From Mayamaea pseudoterrestris (taxonomy: Eukaryota): a stretch of 64,000 bases of DNA. The notes below the pieces were generated by a model. That model ran no database searches and was not told the origin of the DNA. It saw only the letters and a list, made by a program, of their open reading frames with translations. The DNA lies in the NCBI GenBank assembly GCA_027923505.1, contig BROI01000005.1, forward strand, positions 1 through 64,000. Direction: 5' to 3'. How positions within the stretch are numbered: the first letter of the stretch is position 1; the number at the start of each line of letters is the position of its first letter. Below, piece after piece: positions 46,398-56,074 of this stretch. The position numbers and the translations under genes were made by a program.

Positions 46398-46651
46398 AAA
46401 ACGAAGCAGAATAAAGTCGCTTCGTGGTCATCGAGTGACGTTTGTGAGTACCGTGTGCCAGATGACTTGCAATTCGTAGCGGTCATTTTCCTCTTCTCGC
46501 GCGGGTCGAAAATTCCTCGCCGGCCACAGAAGCAACATCACTTTCTCAGATGGCGCGGCAACATTCCTCGACTATACACTACGATTAATGATTAACGGGA
46601 GCTGATAGTCTCATACGACGCCGCCAAGAGGTTTCATCGGTTTGCTGTGAC

Positions 46652-48043
46652 ATGAAACTTTACGACGTAGCATCTCTTGCCGTCGGTTTCATTCTTCTCT
46701 GTCTCCTTGACGCGAACGCCCAATCCATCTTTGACGACGACGTGACTGTTACTCCCAGCGTCGTACCAACAAGCGCTCCGACCGTTGCATCAACCTCACA
46801 ATTTCCCACTGCTGCTCCAACAAGCTCTGCCACGACGGCAGCAACAGCCGTTCCTTCAGCATCACCATCATCATCAGCATCACCAACAACAAGCGACAGC
46901 TCCAACAAAGTAGCAATCACCTTTTCGTATCAGCTAGTCACCACTAGTGCATTTCCAAACGCAACGGTTGCCCTGTCACTCGTCGAGCAAGAGTTTGTGC
47001 GAGTGTTGGAGGAGCTCACGACGTCAAACGCGAGCGGCGGACGCGTCGCCTACGATAGCTTCAACAGCAGCAAGCTCCAACCATGTCAAGACGAGTTTGA
47101 AAACAAGGAGCAAATTAACCTATATGACGAATGTCATGTTGTGCAATCTACAGTAATCTTGACTCTACTTGATCCAACGCAAGTGTCGGACGCAATCGTC
47201 AAGTACACTGTCATGGAACGGCTGCAAGCCTTTGCCAACGACTACAACCAAAACCAGACTGACTTGCTAGTACTGTTGGAGAATCCAAAGTACGTTTCAA
47301 CCAACCTTAACGTGATACTCGTGGCCGTGTCGGGTGTCATGGATGACGAAGCCATGTCGTTCTTCGAGCAGCTCCTGGCCAAGGCAATGGCTCCGTATTT
47401 GGCCAATCGAAACGTTTCCTTCAAGCTACTGTCGACGCAGATTCTGACGCAGAGTCCATACGATCCAGCTGTGAATGCGAGCGACAGCGTTAGCAGCAGC
47501 AATAACAACAATAACATGACGCGCCACCGCCACTTGCAGTTTGACTCATCCAATTTCAACGCAAGCAACATGAACAACCTTGGCAATGTCGATCCCAACA
47601 CGATTCCATTCAACGACATTCAGATGTTTGTGCAGGCCACATGCGCCGGCAGAAACTGCACCAAAACAAACCTGGAAGCTGTTCTGCATGGCAACGCGTC
47701 AAGCTACGTTGCCGACTTGGCGCAAGCCATCAACGTCAACAAGCAGTTGCTCGTCAGCACATACTTTGACAGTTTGATGGATATTTTCGTGGCGCGCGAC
47801 TTGCAAGTGCGTGACTTGCCGAAATACAATGCTGCCTTGTTTGAAACGGACGATGTCTTGCAGGAGCTGCAGCTTGATCCGCCGCCGAGCTGGATGTATG
47901 TGCTGTGCGGTGTCAATGTTGCCATTATACTCGTGGCCGTCGGATGGATTGTGGTGCAGAGTCTGCGGCGTGAGACGAGAGAGAAGGATGACTTGGACAA
48001 GTTTTCTACGGCATGGGATTTGCAAAAGCAATTGGTTTTGTGA
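46652..48043 (+). CDS. Type I membrane protein with a Ser/Thr/Pro-rich stalk
   Basis: Signal peptide, PTSAPT repeats, RHRHLQ (RxL) site, C-terminal TM and a short tail. Confidence 0.75.
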   Translation: MKLYDVASLAVGFILLCLLDANAQSIFDDDVTVTPSVVPTSAPTVASTSQFPTAAPTSSATTAATAVPSASPSSSASPTTSDSSNKVAITFSYQLVTTSAFPNATVALSLVEQEFVRVLEELTTSNASGGRVAYDSFNSSKLQPCQDEFENKEQINLYDECHVVQSTVILTLLDPTQVSDAIVKYTVMERLQAFANDYNQNQTDLLVLLENPKYVSTNLNVILVAVSGVMDDEAMSFFEQLLAKAMAPYLANRNVSFKLLSTQILTQSPYDPAVNASDSVSSSNNNNNMTRHRHLQFDSSNFNASNMNNLGNVDPNTIPFNDIQMFVQATCAGRNCTKTNLEAVLHGNASSYVADLAQAINVNKQLLVSTYFDSLMDIFVARDLQVRDLPKYNAALFETDDVLQELQLDPPPSWMYVLCGVNVAIILVAVGWIVVQSLRRETREKDDLDKFSTAWDLQKQLVL

Positions 48044-48320
48044 GTTTTGTTGGGAATTATAATATTTGTACGTTGCTTGTTTTAACATTTGCATTCTACA
48101 TTCACCGAAGGTGACAGAAGACCTTACTCGCTATCACAACAGTCGCTTTGCTCTTCTTTGCAAGGTTATTGTTTCAATCAATTAACGTTGTAGGTAGTCG
48201 TAAAACAAGGACGGTGAGCACTTTTAACTACCTACCGGTAGCTAAAGGCTAGCGAACCATATCGCACCGTGTCTCATTTGGATTTCGTCGTTTGTAACGC
48301 CACATAGAGCCACGTTGACC

Positions 48321-49208
48321 ATGGTGATGCCTGCTTGGTCCCGCTGCGCGCGGATGCTTTCCGTTCTTTTTGTCGTGCTACCTATTAGATTGGTTTGTAG
48401 TTTTCAATCATCTGCCGAAACGAGAAGTTTCCATCTAAGGACAACAATTGCTCGACGATTGACGGTGAATCATCATTGCGCATCTTTTCCGTATCGTTCG
48501 CTCCAAGATGTTTCTACAAAAGCAAACAGATACTACATGTTCAATCCCATTAGCAATGACAGTCCTCTCGACAATGGAAATCTCTTGGTAGTTGATCCAG
48601 TCATCCTGGAAGTGAGCAAGTCGCTCCAACGCGTCTCCTTCTTTTCCTGGTGGGCGCAGGTGATTCTATCGACAGTAGCAGCCGTCATTCTTGGATTCGC
48701 CAAGAACGTATTGAACCAGCGAGGAAGCGGCAGCAGCGGAGGTCCAAACTTGTTTCTGAGCGGACCTGGACTCTTGCTGAGTGCCTGCAGTATACTATGG
48801 ACGTGGGGAAATGGAGCTAGACTTAGTCGTCGCCTTGTCACCAAGCCAACCAGTCGCGTGGATGCTTCCACGTTGCTGCGACGAGCCATTCGTGTGGGAG
48901 TAGTGTTAAACATGGCTGGACTGCTGTTTAATTTGCTGGCTGCGAATCAGATCATCGGCGGATTGGCTGTCAAAGTATTGACGCAACAGGCGAGTGCGAC
49001 GCAGTGGGCAGCGAATGGAATACAAGGATTGCAGCCACTGGATATCCTTGTCGTTCAAGCAAATACAAACTCGATACTGAGTCACTTTTTATCACTGGGA
49101 TCGCTGCTTTTCATGACGGAGAAATTGCCTCCGTTGAATGGAAATAATGGGAATGAGCAGCAACGCGAGGAAGGGAGAGGAAGGATAGTTAACATGAAAA
49201 GATCATAA
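48321..49208 (+). CDS. Plastid DUF3611 (Tic21/PIC1-like) membrane protein
   Basis: Signal peptide ending VCS-F; LQRVSFFSWWAQVILSTVAAVIL; QPLDILVVQANTNSILSHF. Confidence 0.75.
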   Translation: MVMPAWSRCARMLSVLFVVLPIRLVCSFQSSAETRSFHLRTTIARRLTVNHHCASFPYRSLQDVSTKANRYYMFNPISNDSPLDNGNLLVVDPVILEVSKSLQRVSFFSWWAQVILSTVAAVILGFAKNVLNQRGSGSSGGPNLFLSGPGLLLSACSILWTWGNGARLSRRLVTKPTSRVDASTLLRRAIRVGVVLNMAGLLFNLLAANQIIGGLAVKVLTQQASATQWAANGIQGLQPLDILVVQANTNSILSHFLSLGSLLFMTEKLPPLNGNNGNEQQREEGRGRIVNMKRS

Positions 49209-49539
49209 TGATTGCCATCATGATGTTAACTTGCTTTTTCGCCGTGCCAAATCTTTGTATAGCAGCGAAGCAACTAAAGTAATAGGCTCGTCGCACGACC
49301 CTTGCATCACTGGCTGGCGAGATATTGCCCCGACCAATCTTAGTACGTGGTTGTTCTTTGATCCAAAAGCAGTATTGCCGGTCAGGCTACGTTCAGCATT
49401 TCTATAGATAACTCCATAAATTGATATGCGATTGAAGTTAAGTAATGCATTTGTTACAAGAGACGTCGTGCAGAAAATACCACTCTGCCTTCGTCACGAG
49501 TCATCCACGTGTGCGTTAACACCACTCATCGCAATGCAC

Positions 49540-50253
49540 TTATACAATGACTTGGAATGACTCAACTGCCTGCAGCAACTCGCTACTCAGCGTATCATAA
49601 TCATCTTGCTTGCACTGAGCCGTGAGCGCGTATAGCATGTTGCGGTGTATCATGAATTTGCAAACGAATCGCTTGGCGCCACGCTTCCCCGTGGACAAGT
49701 AGTCGAGCTGAATGTACTCAATGGATCGCTGCTGCGTCTTTGTAACTGGATCCTGCATGAGCTTTACGTCAAAGACGCCGTCGCGATTCACTTCGGCCAA
49801 GACAACCTTGGCGGCAACCTCGGAAGGTGATCCAAACTCGGCCAAAGAGTTGATGCGAACTGGATCAATGGTAATTCCAACTTGAAAGCCGTTTGGTCCA
49901 AAGAAATTGACTTCGTCCAAGTGTGTTTTGAGCGGCTTGTTGCCTTCGGCTAAAGCTGATGGAGGTTGAAAGGTGTAGCCAAACTTGTCGGTTTGTCGAG
50001 TAAATGTTGAGGCAGGAGAAGCGACAGCTTGAGCAGCGACTGGTTTCATAAATTGAGCAGCAACTAATGTTGATGAGAATTTTCTAATGAAGCTTCGTCG
50101 ACTTTGGCCATCGAATAGTAAATCGTTCTGACGTTGATGCATGAATAAGGATGATGACGACTGTCGAGTGCCGATCCGTTCCAAATGCCATGCTTTAGAG
50201 AAGCTCGTCAAAGTGACGACAAGAGTGGTACATACAGCAGCCAGTTTACGCAT
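49540..50253 (-). CDS. PsbP-domain thylakoid lumen protein
   Basis: Signal peptide (SKA-W), twin-Arg SRRSF, AQA cleavage site, KPLKTHL, GITIDPVRINSLAEFGSP, LYALTAQ, VESFQV. Confidence 0.82.
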   Translation of the reverse strand: MRKLAAVCTTLVVTLTSFSKAWHLERIGTRQSSSSLFMHQRQNDLLFDGQSRRSFIRKFSSTLVAAQFMKPVAAQAVASPASTFTRQTDKFGYTFQPPSALAEGNKPLKTHLDEVNFFGPNGFQVGITIDPVRINSLAEFGSPSEVAAKVVLAEVNRDGVFDVKLMQDPVTKTQQRSIEYIQLDYLSTGKRGAKRFVCKFMIHRNMLYALTAQCKQDDYDTLSSELLQAVESFQVIV

Positions 50254-50679
50254 AGATAACTTGACATTTGGCAAAGTCCTGGGTCGTTTCATTTCTTTCA
50301 ATGTGTCTGAATTCTTCCGTACCTTTCGCAGCAGTGATCCTCATGGTGGTCGTCGAATTGGCGCGCCATTTGTACGACATGATGACGTTTTTTAGCTCAT
50401 CTACGTCAGTGGCGGAGGGACTGCCAGACCGGTTTCGAAAGATCCGCAAATTGAAGTTCCGTTGCAACGTGCTGTCAACTACGCTCAGAGGAATCCGACT
50501 TGCCTGACCGCGACACGGAAACGGACGATGAGGTTGCTGCCGGATTTGATCTGACGTTTCCTTCGCCCATCAACCAAGCCATCACAAGGGGAGACGGATT
50601 CGCTGACTCTTCACTCTCAATCAAGCGAGACTAACGCGTGCAGCTTTAGAGGCGACCAGTAATATTAGCATTTACCACC

Positions 50680-52509
50680 ATGCGTTTCGTCGTCTTCCTA
50701 CTGAATCTGGCCACCTGGGCGTCGGCGTTTGCACCTCATGCAAGGCTATCCGTCCCAAGTCGCACCGCAACATCCTCTTCCTCCAACAATCGCCTGGTGA
50801 TGAAAGACTACCCCAAACCAAACGTTGAGAACACGGACAATTATCGCTTGTACAATGAACTTAGCAGAAGTTTCCAAACGACACTCAAATCCGACAAGCC
50901 ACAAAAGGTTGCCATCATTGGAGGCGGCTTGTCGGGTCTAGCATGCGCCAAGTACTTGGTGGACGCTGGTCATGTTCCAGTCGTTTACGAAGCCCGCGAA
51001 ATGCTTGGAGGCAAAGTCAGTGCCTGGCAGGACAAGGATGGAGACTGGATCGAAACGGGTTTGCACATTTTCTTTGGAGCCTATCCAAACATGATGAATC
51101 TATTTGACGAGCTTGACATTCATGATCGTTTGCAGTGGAAGGTTCACAAGATGATCTTTGCCATGCAGGAGTTGCCCGGCGAATTTACAAGCTTTGACTT
51201 TATTCCTGGAATTCCAGCGCCATTCAACTTTGGTTTGGCCATTCTCATGAACCAAAAGATGCTGACACTCACGGAGAAACTACAGACGGCGCCTCCGCTC
51301 TTGCCAATGTTGGTCCAAGGGCAAGACTTTATTGACGCGCAGGATGAACTATCGGTATTGGATTTTATGCGCAAGTATGGAATGCCGGAGCGCATCAATG
51401 AGGAAGTCTTTATCAGCATGGCCAAGGCACTGGACTTTATTGATCCGGACAAGCTCAGCATGACTGTCGTTTTGACGGCCATGAACCGCTTTTTGAACGA
51501 GGATAATGGATTGCAAATGGCGTTCTTGGATGGCAACCAGCCGGATCGTCTCTGCAAACCCATGGTGGATCACATTGAAGCCCGCGGTGGACAAGTATTC
51601 ACAAAGTCACCCATCAAGGAGATTGTCACCAACGACGACGGCACCGTCAAACACTTGTTGCTTCGAAGCGGTGAAAAGGTTGTTGCTGATACCTATGTTT
51701 CAGCCATGCCAGTCGACATTGTCAAGCGCATGATCCCGGAGAAGTGGCAAAGTATGCCATACTTTCGTCAGGTCGACGAGCTGGAAGGCATTCCAGTCAT
51801 TAACTTGCACTTGTGGTTTGACCGCAAACTCAAGGCGGTTGATCATTTGTGCTTTTCGCGATCGCCATTGCTTAGTGTCTATGCTGACATGAGTGTCACC
51901 TGCAAGGAATACTACGATCCAAACGCAAGTATGATTGAACTCGTCTTTGCTCCATGCTCGCCACTCGCTGGAGGCAATGTCAACTGGATCAGCAAATCCG
52001 ATGAAGAAATTATTGACGCCACCATGGGAGAAATGGCGCGCCTCTTTCCTGCTGAAATTGCCGCCGATCCAAAGTGGCCCGCCACCCTGCAGCAGGGCCC
52101 GCAGGGCCAAGCCCGACTACGCAAGTTTGCCGTCGTCAAGACGCCTCGATCCGTCTACGCTGCCATTCCCGGCCGCAACAAGTACCGCCCCAGTCAAACG
52201 ACACCGATTGACAACTTTGTCATGGCGGGTGACTGGACCTCGCAAAAGTTTTTGGGAAGCATGGAAGGTGCCGTCTTGGGAGGCAAGCTTGCGGCTGAAG
52301 TCATTGCCCGCAAGGCCAAGGGAATGGCGCCGCTTCCGGCCAAGGAGATTCAAGCGAGTATCGTTGAGAATGCTTCCAAGCACAAGGTGACCAAGCCTGC
52401 GGGTGTCAAGGGTGAAGGCGCCATTGCGTTTGGAGGCGGTGCCGTCTTGGCAAAGGACAATGAAAAGCTACTGCGTGAGGTGGACCCGAATCAGTTTGCC
52501 ACTGTTTAG
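50680..52509 (+). CDS. PDS: 15-cis-phytoene desaturase
   Basis: WASAFAP plastid motif; GGGLSGLACAKYL, LGGKVSAWQDKDGDWIETGLHIFFGAYPN, FSRSPLLSVYADMS, KFLGSMEGAVLGGK. Confidence 0.97.
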   Translation: MRFVVFLLNLATWASAFAPHARLSVPSRTATSSSSNNRLVMKDYPKPNVENTDNYRLYNELSRSFQTTLKSDKPQKVAIIGGGLSGLACAKYLVDAGHVPVVYEAREMLGGKVSAWQDKDGDWIETGLHIFFGAYPNMMNLFDELDIHDRLQWKVHKMIFAMQELPGEFTSFDFIPGIPAPFNFGLAILMNQKMLTLTEKLQTAPPLLPMLVQGQDFIDAQDELSVLDFMRKYGMPERINEEVFISMAKALDFIDPDKLSMTVVLTAMNRFLNEDNGLQMAFLDGNQPDRLCKPMVDHIEARGGQVFTKSPIKEIVTNDDGTVKHLLLRSGEKVVADTYVSAMPVDIVKRMIPEKWQSMPYFRQVDELEGIPVINLHLWFDRKLKAVDHLCFSRSPLLSVYADMSVTCKEYYDPNASMIELVFAPCSPLAGGNVNWISKSDEEIIDATMGEMARLFPAEIAADPKWPATLQQGPQGQARLRKFAVVKTPRSVYAAIPGRNKYRPSQTTPIDNFVMAGDWTSQKFLGSMEGAVLGGKLAAEVIARKAKGMAPLPAKEIQASIVENASKHKVTKPAGVKGEGAIAFGGGAVLAKDNEKLLREVDPNQFATV

Positions 52510-52649
52510 ATAATTTAGGATAGATTGATTAACAGTCTTTCATAGTACTGTTGGCTCTTCTGGCGTGTTGTGCAGTCGTAGACTATCGTGCATTTGTGAA
52601 ATGTGATGGGAGCTAACCTCTCGCTGTTCGTCGTCTTATAACCGGTGCG

Positions 52650-53669
52650 ATGACGACATGTTTCACGCCATTCATGCCATTCGCGCGTCCTTCATATTAT
52701 ATGGAAGCTGCTGCTGATCCGTCAGCGATACCATTCATCAATATGCAGAAACGAAAAACACACTTTGTACTTCCCGTCACTCAAGATGACGCTGCTGCAT
52801 CAAGTCGTCAAAATGGCAGCAGTGGAGGCAGCCGTCGCACCAAGAAATCAATGACCAGTGCTTTTTCACTCTCCAGATTCTTTGGATCAAGGAACGACAT
52901 GGCTAGCTTTGTACGATTTCTTTCAGCCATTTTTGCATTGGGACTCTTGGTGGTGGGAGTGCAACGGTTGTTGGTTGTGAGAAAAAGAGGAAGCGGCTTT
53001 CCTTCCTACAAATCGTTAAAGTTTCCTCGTTTCAAAAGGGCTGACAAGGCAGTGCAACAACACAAGGCTCTGGCGCAGTACTCGTCGCTTCAATATGCAT
53101 TAGACAATTCACAACTAGTTGGTATATACTTTGGAGCAAGCTGGTGTCCAGAAACGACAAAGGTGACGGAAAAGATTGATGAATCCTTGTCAGACATTTT
53201 GTTACCACCGCCTTCAACCAACAAAATGGAAGCACTGGCGCAACGTCACGGACTATCACTCGTTTACGTCTCCAGCGATCGATCCGTAGACGAGTTCAAC
53301 GAGTATATAAAGAATCATGCGCACTGGATGGTTGTTCCATACGACTCGCCCGAAGTCACTGGTCTCAAGCGTCACTTCAAAACGTGCGCACTGGAGGAAG
53401 TCACATCGTTGAAACTGGATCGCAAGCATGAAATACCAACCCTTGTCATTGTGGATGGCGCGTCGCATCAAGTGTTGACCTTTGGCGGAGCGCAGGATGT
53501 GCTCGAGCATGGTGCGGGTGCAGTTGACGAGTGGTTCAAGCTGGCGCAAATTAGTCAGGCGCTGGACCACAAGTATGATACTGATGCTCGACGAGAGCAA
53601 GAGGAAGGAGAGGAGGAAGGGTCTGAAGAAGAGGAGAGTGGAAGTGATAGTGGAGATGAAGGAGTATGA
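52650..53669 (+). CDS. Membrane-anchored nucleoredoxin/tryparedoxin-like thioredoxin-fold protein
   Basis: TM helix; VGIYFGASWCPET; LVYVSSDRS..EFNEY; WMVVPYD; IPTLVIVD. Confidence 0.78.
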   Translation: MTTCFTPFMPFARPSYYMEAAADPSAIPFINMQKRKTHFVLPVTQDDAAASSRQNGSSGGSRRTKKSMTSAFSLSRFFGSRNDMASFVRFLSAIFALGLLVVGVQRLLVVRKRGSGFPSYKSLKFPRFKRADKAVQQHKALAQYSSLQYALDNSQLVGIYFGASWCPETTKVTEKIDESLSDILLPPPSTNKMEALAQRHGLSLVYVSSDRSVDEFNEYIKNHAHWMVVPYDSPEVTGLKRHFKTCALEEVTSLKLDRKHEIPTLVIVDGASHQVLTFGGAQDVLEHGAGAVDEWFKLAQISQALDHKYDTDARREQEEGEEEGSEEEESGSDSGDEGV

Positions 53670-54055
53670 ATATAAAGTTGAGCAGGGCTGCTGTGACAGC
53701 GCGAATGACTTTGGGTACTCTGGATGCTTTGTTCGAGTCAAAGACTGAGCTGCATTATGCTTGCTCAACTATTCTTATTGCTACTTATATACTTAGAAAT
53801 ATGCTGTACAAGAATTATATATACTCGTCGTAGACCGTACGGTAGCTCAAACTCTGTCCGTGTCGTTGTAATGCTGGTGCGACATCTGCCAGATGCCGAC
53901 GGCAACCATTCGACGAGTCTGTTGGTCTGTCGCAATGCATGCATTGCTTGGAGAACGGCTTTACGACGGGACCAGAGACCTTTTACGCTGAGAACAGTTA
54001 ATTCGGGTGCTGATTGACGGATGATATAGTTTTCTGTCGCGAGAGTTGACGACAA

Positions 54056-55822
54056 ATGGGCGTTGATAAGATAATTCGAATGTTCGCATTGAATCTTGCA
54101 CCAATACTACTGCTGCTCTGTCTACTCTCGGGAGATGCGTGTCATGCATGGATCAATCGAAATTTACCAAGGAGTCGAAGAACACATCGAAAGTCTATAA
54201 GGCGATGGATCCATGCATCTGACAGCGACGCGACAAAGACTGCAGGTGCACAGTCGCAGCAGCTACCAATGTCAGACATACAGAAAACAACTGACAACAA
54301 GAAACACTTGCAACAATCTCAGGATCCCTTTATTCGCTCCACAACATTCCAAACTGCACTAGTCATTGTTCCGCCCGATCGCGCCTGGGACAGTTTGCAG
54401 CGGGCTCGTCACTTTGCTCGAGACTCCACCTACACGAAATGGCCACCCTGCATTCGCCTCTTTCATCCATTCTGCTTGTTTGAGAAACTGTCAGACGTAG
54501 CCATGGACTTGGCACTCATTGTTGAGGAGGCTAATTTGGAGCCCTTTGATATTACGCTTAGTCAATGGACGATACTTCCTCATGCCGAAGTGTTGCAGGC
54601 GGATGCGCTGGCACTGGAAAGCATGCCGGAAAGTGTTCGCCTGGAGACGTCGTCGCATGAGAAACTGTTTATTGATAACGAGGAAAAGCAGCGACGACGG
54701 GATATAGAAGAGTTGATTAAAAGTGAAGAAAAATTGGGAAAGGCGAGAAAGCGACGGCGTGATATGCAGCAGCGCGAACGGAATCAAGCTAGCGGGAGCG
54801 ATGAGCAATCAACATGGAAGGATAGTGGGGCCTTTAACAACAGTCCTAATGATGGGCTAAGTGACAACGATGGCTATTCACCAAGTAGTCGTGACGATCA
54901 GAAAAGTCGAAATTATGACGAATATGACGGCCCATGCGTCATTTGCCTTGAACCCGATGCAGAGAGTCAGCAGAAGCTGCAGCAATTGCGCGACTTCCTT
55001 CGACCTTTATTGTTTGACGTAACAGACTATTACTCTCCAACATCATCCGTCTCAAAGACCTCTCTTGTAAATACCAATAATGGAGAGAGTGCCTTTGACG
55101 TGTTTCGGCCAGTGGTTCCGATTGGAACATTTTCGTCCGTGGCCAATGCCATTCCCATTGCTCGCAAACTACGAGGGCTCTTGGGATCGCCACTAAAGTT
55201 TTCTGTCACGGATCTCCACTTCATATCTTGCCTTGACAAGTCAAACATGGGTAAAGTAAGCTGGTCGCCTCAAGATGATGAGGCGTTGCTGTCGGATTCG
55301 GAGCAATTTGGCTGTGACGCCATGGTGATGCTCGCTGGCGAGGAGATGGAACCGTTGGATGAGGAACTCGGTCAAGACGTTGCCGCCCTGCTGCTTGATA
55401 AAGGCGAAAAAGGTGGCGAGGAAGGACAGGAGGATGATGGCAGCACCTCTGACTATGACTCGAGCTTTGTGGACGACAGTGACGACGATGCCAACGACAA
55501 ACCTAAATCTCGCTCACTGGAGGATTGGCTGTATGATGACGAGGAATACGACGAGGGATCAGTCGTAGTGATCGGACGAACTCACTTCTTCACAGGTGAG
55601 AATCGCATGTACGTTGGAATGCCTGCAGCGAGTAGCAAAGTTCCAAAGGCAGGTGACCGCAGTAGTGGAGAAGCTCGCCGAAAGAACGCCGCTATTCAGT
55701 CTCAGCGTCTTTGGAGCGAATCGAACTACGGCAATGTTGGGGAGAATCCTCCAACTCGTACAAAGAGTGCCAAGCCTCAAAATGATGATGTCGACAGGGG
55801 GTGGAACCTGTCAGACGAATGA
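54056..55822 (+). CDS. 2H-phosphoesterase-fold (LENG9 / 2'-5' RNA ligase-like) protein, probably plastid-targeted
   Basis: Signal peptide ending CHA-W; TALVIVPP..LQRAR..D...KWPPCIRLFHPF; LEPFDITL; ICLEPD; FSVTDLHFIS. Confidence 0.6.
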   Translation: MGVDKIIRMFALNLAPILLLLCLLSGDACHAWINRNLPRSRRTHRKSIRRWIHASDSDATKTAGAQSQQLPMSDIQKTTDNKKHLQQSQDPFIRSTTFQTALVIVPPDRAWDSLQRARHFARDSTYTKWPPCIRLFHPFCLFEKLSDVAMDLALIVEEANLEPFDITLSQWTILPHAEVLQADALALESMPESVRLETSSHEKLFIDNEEKQRRRDIEELIKSEEKLGKARKRRRDMQQRERNQASGSDEQSTWKDSGAFNNSPNDGLSDNDGYSPSSRDDQKSRNYDEYDGPCVICLEPDAESQQKLQQLRDFLRPLLFDVTDYYSPTSSVSKTSLVNTNNGESAFDVFRPVVPIGTFSSVANAIPIARKLRGLLGSPLKFSVTDLHFISCLDKSNMGKVSWSPQDDEALLSDSEQFGCDAMVMLAGEEMEPLDEELGQDVAALLLDKGEKGGEEGQEDDGSTSDYDSSFVDDSDDDANDKPKSRSLEDWLYDDEEYDEGSVVVIGRTHFFTGENRMYVGMPAASSKVPKAGDRSSGEARRKNAAIQSQRLWSESNYGNVGENPPTRTKSAKPQNDDVDRGWNLSDE

Positions 55823-56074
55823 TACACATATACGGGCGGCTGATAGGCAAGGTAACATTCCGGATTACATGCCGAGCCTGCGCTGCTCGACTATCATACC
55901 ATTGTTCGCTTGATATGTGACACATCTGGACAAGCAAGACGCAGTGCATGGATCAACATGTACCCGCATGACTTGTATGCGCTCAAAGATGGTGCTGCGT
56001 TTCACACATCGATCATTCAGTAAGAACGCGCCGTGGCTCGCTAACATAACCTTTAAGTTAAATGAACCTTTATG

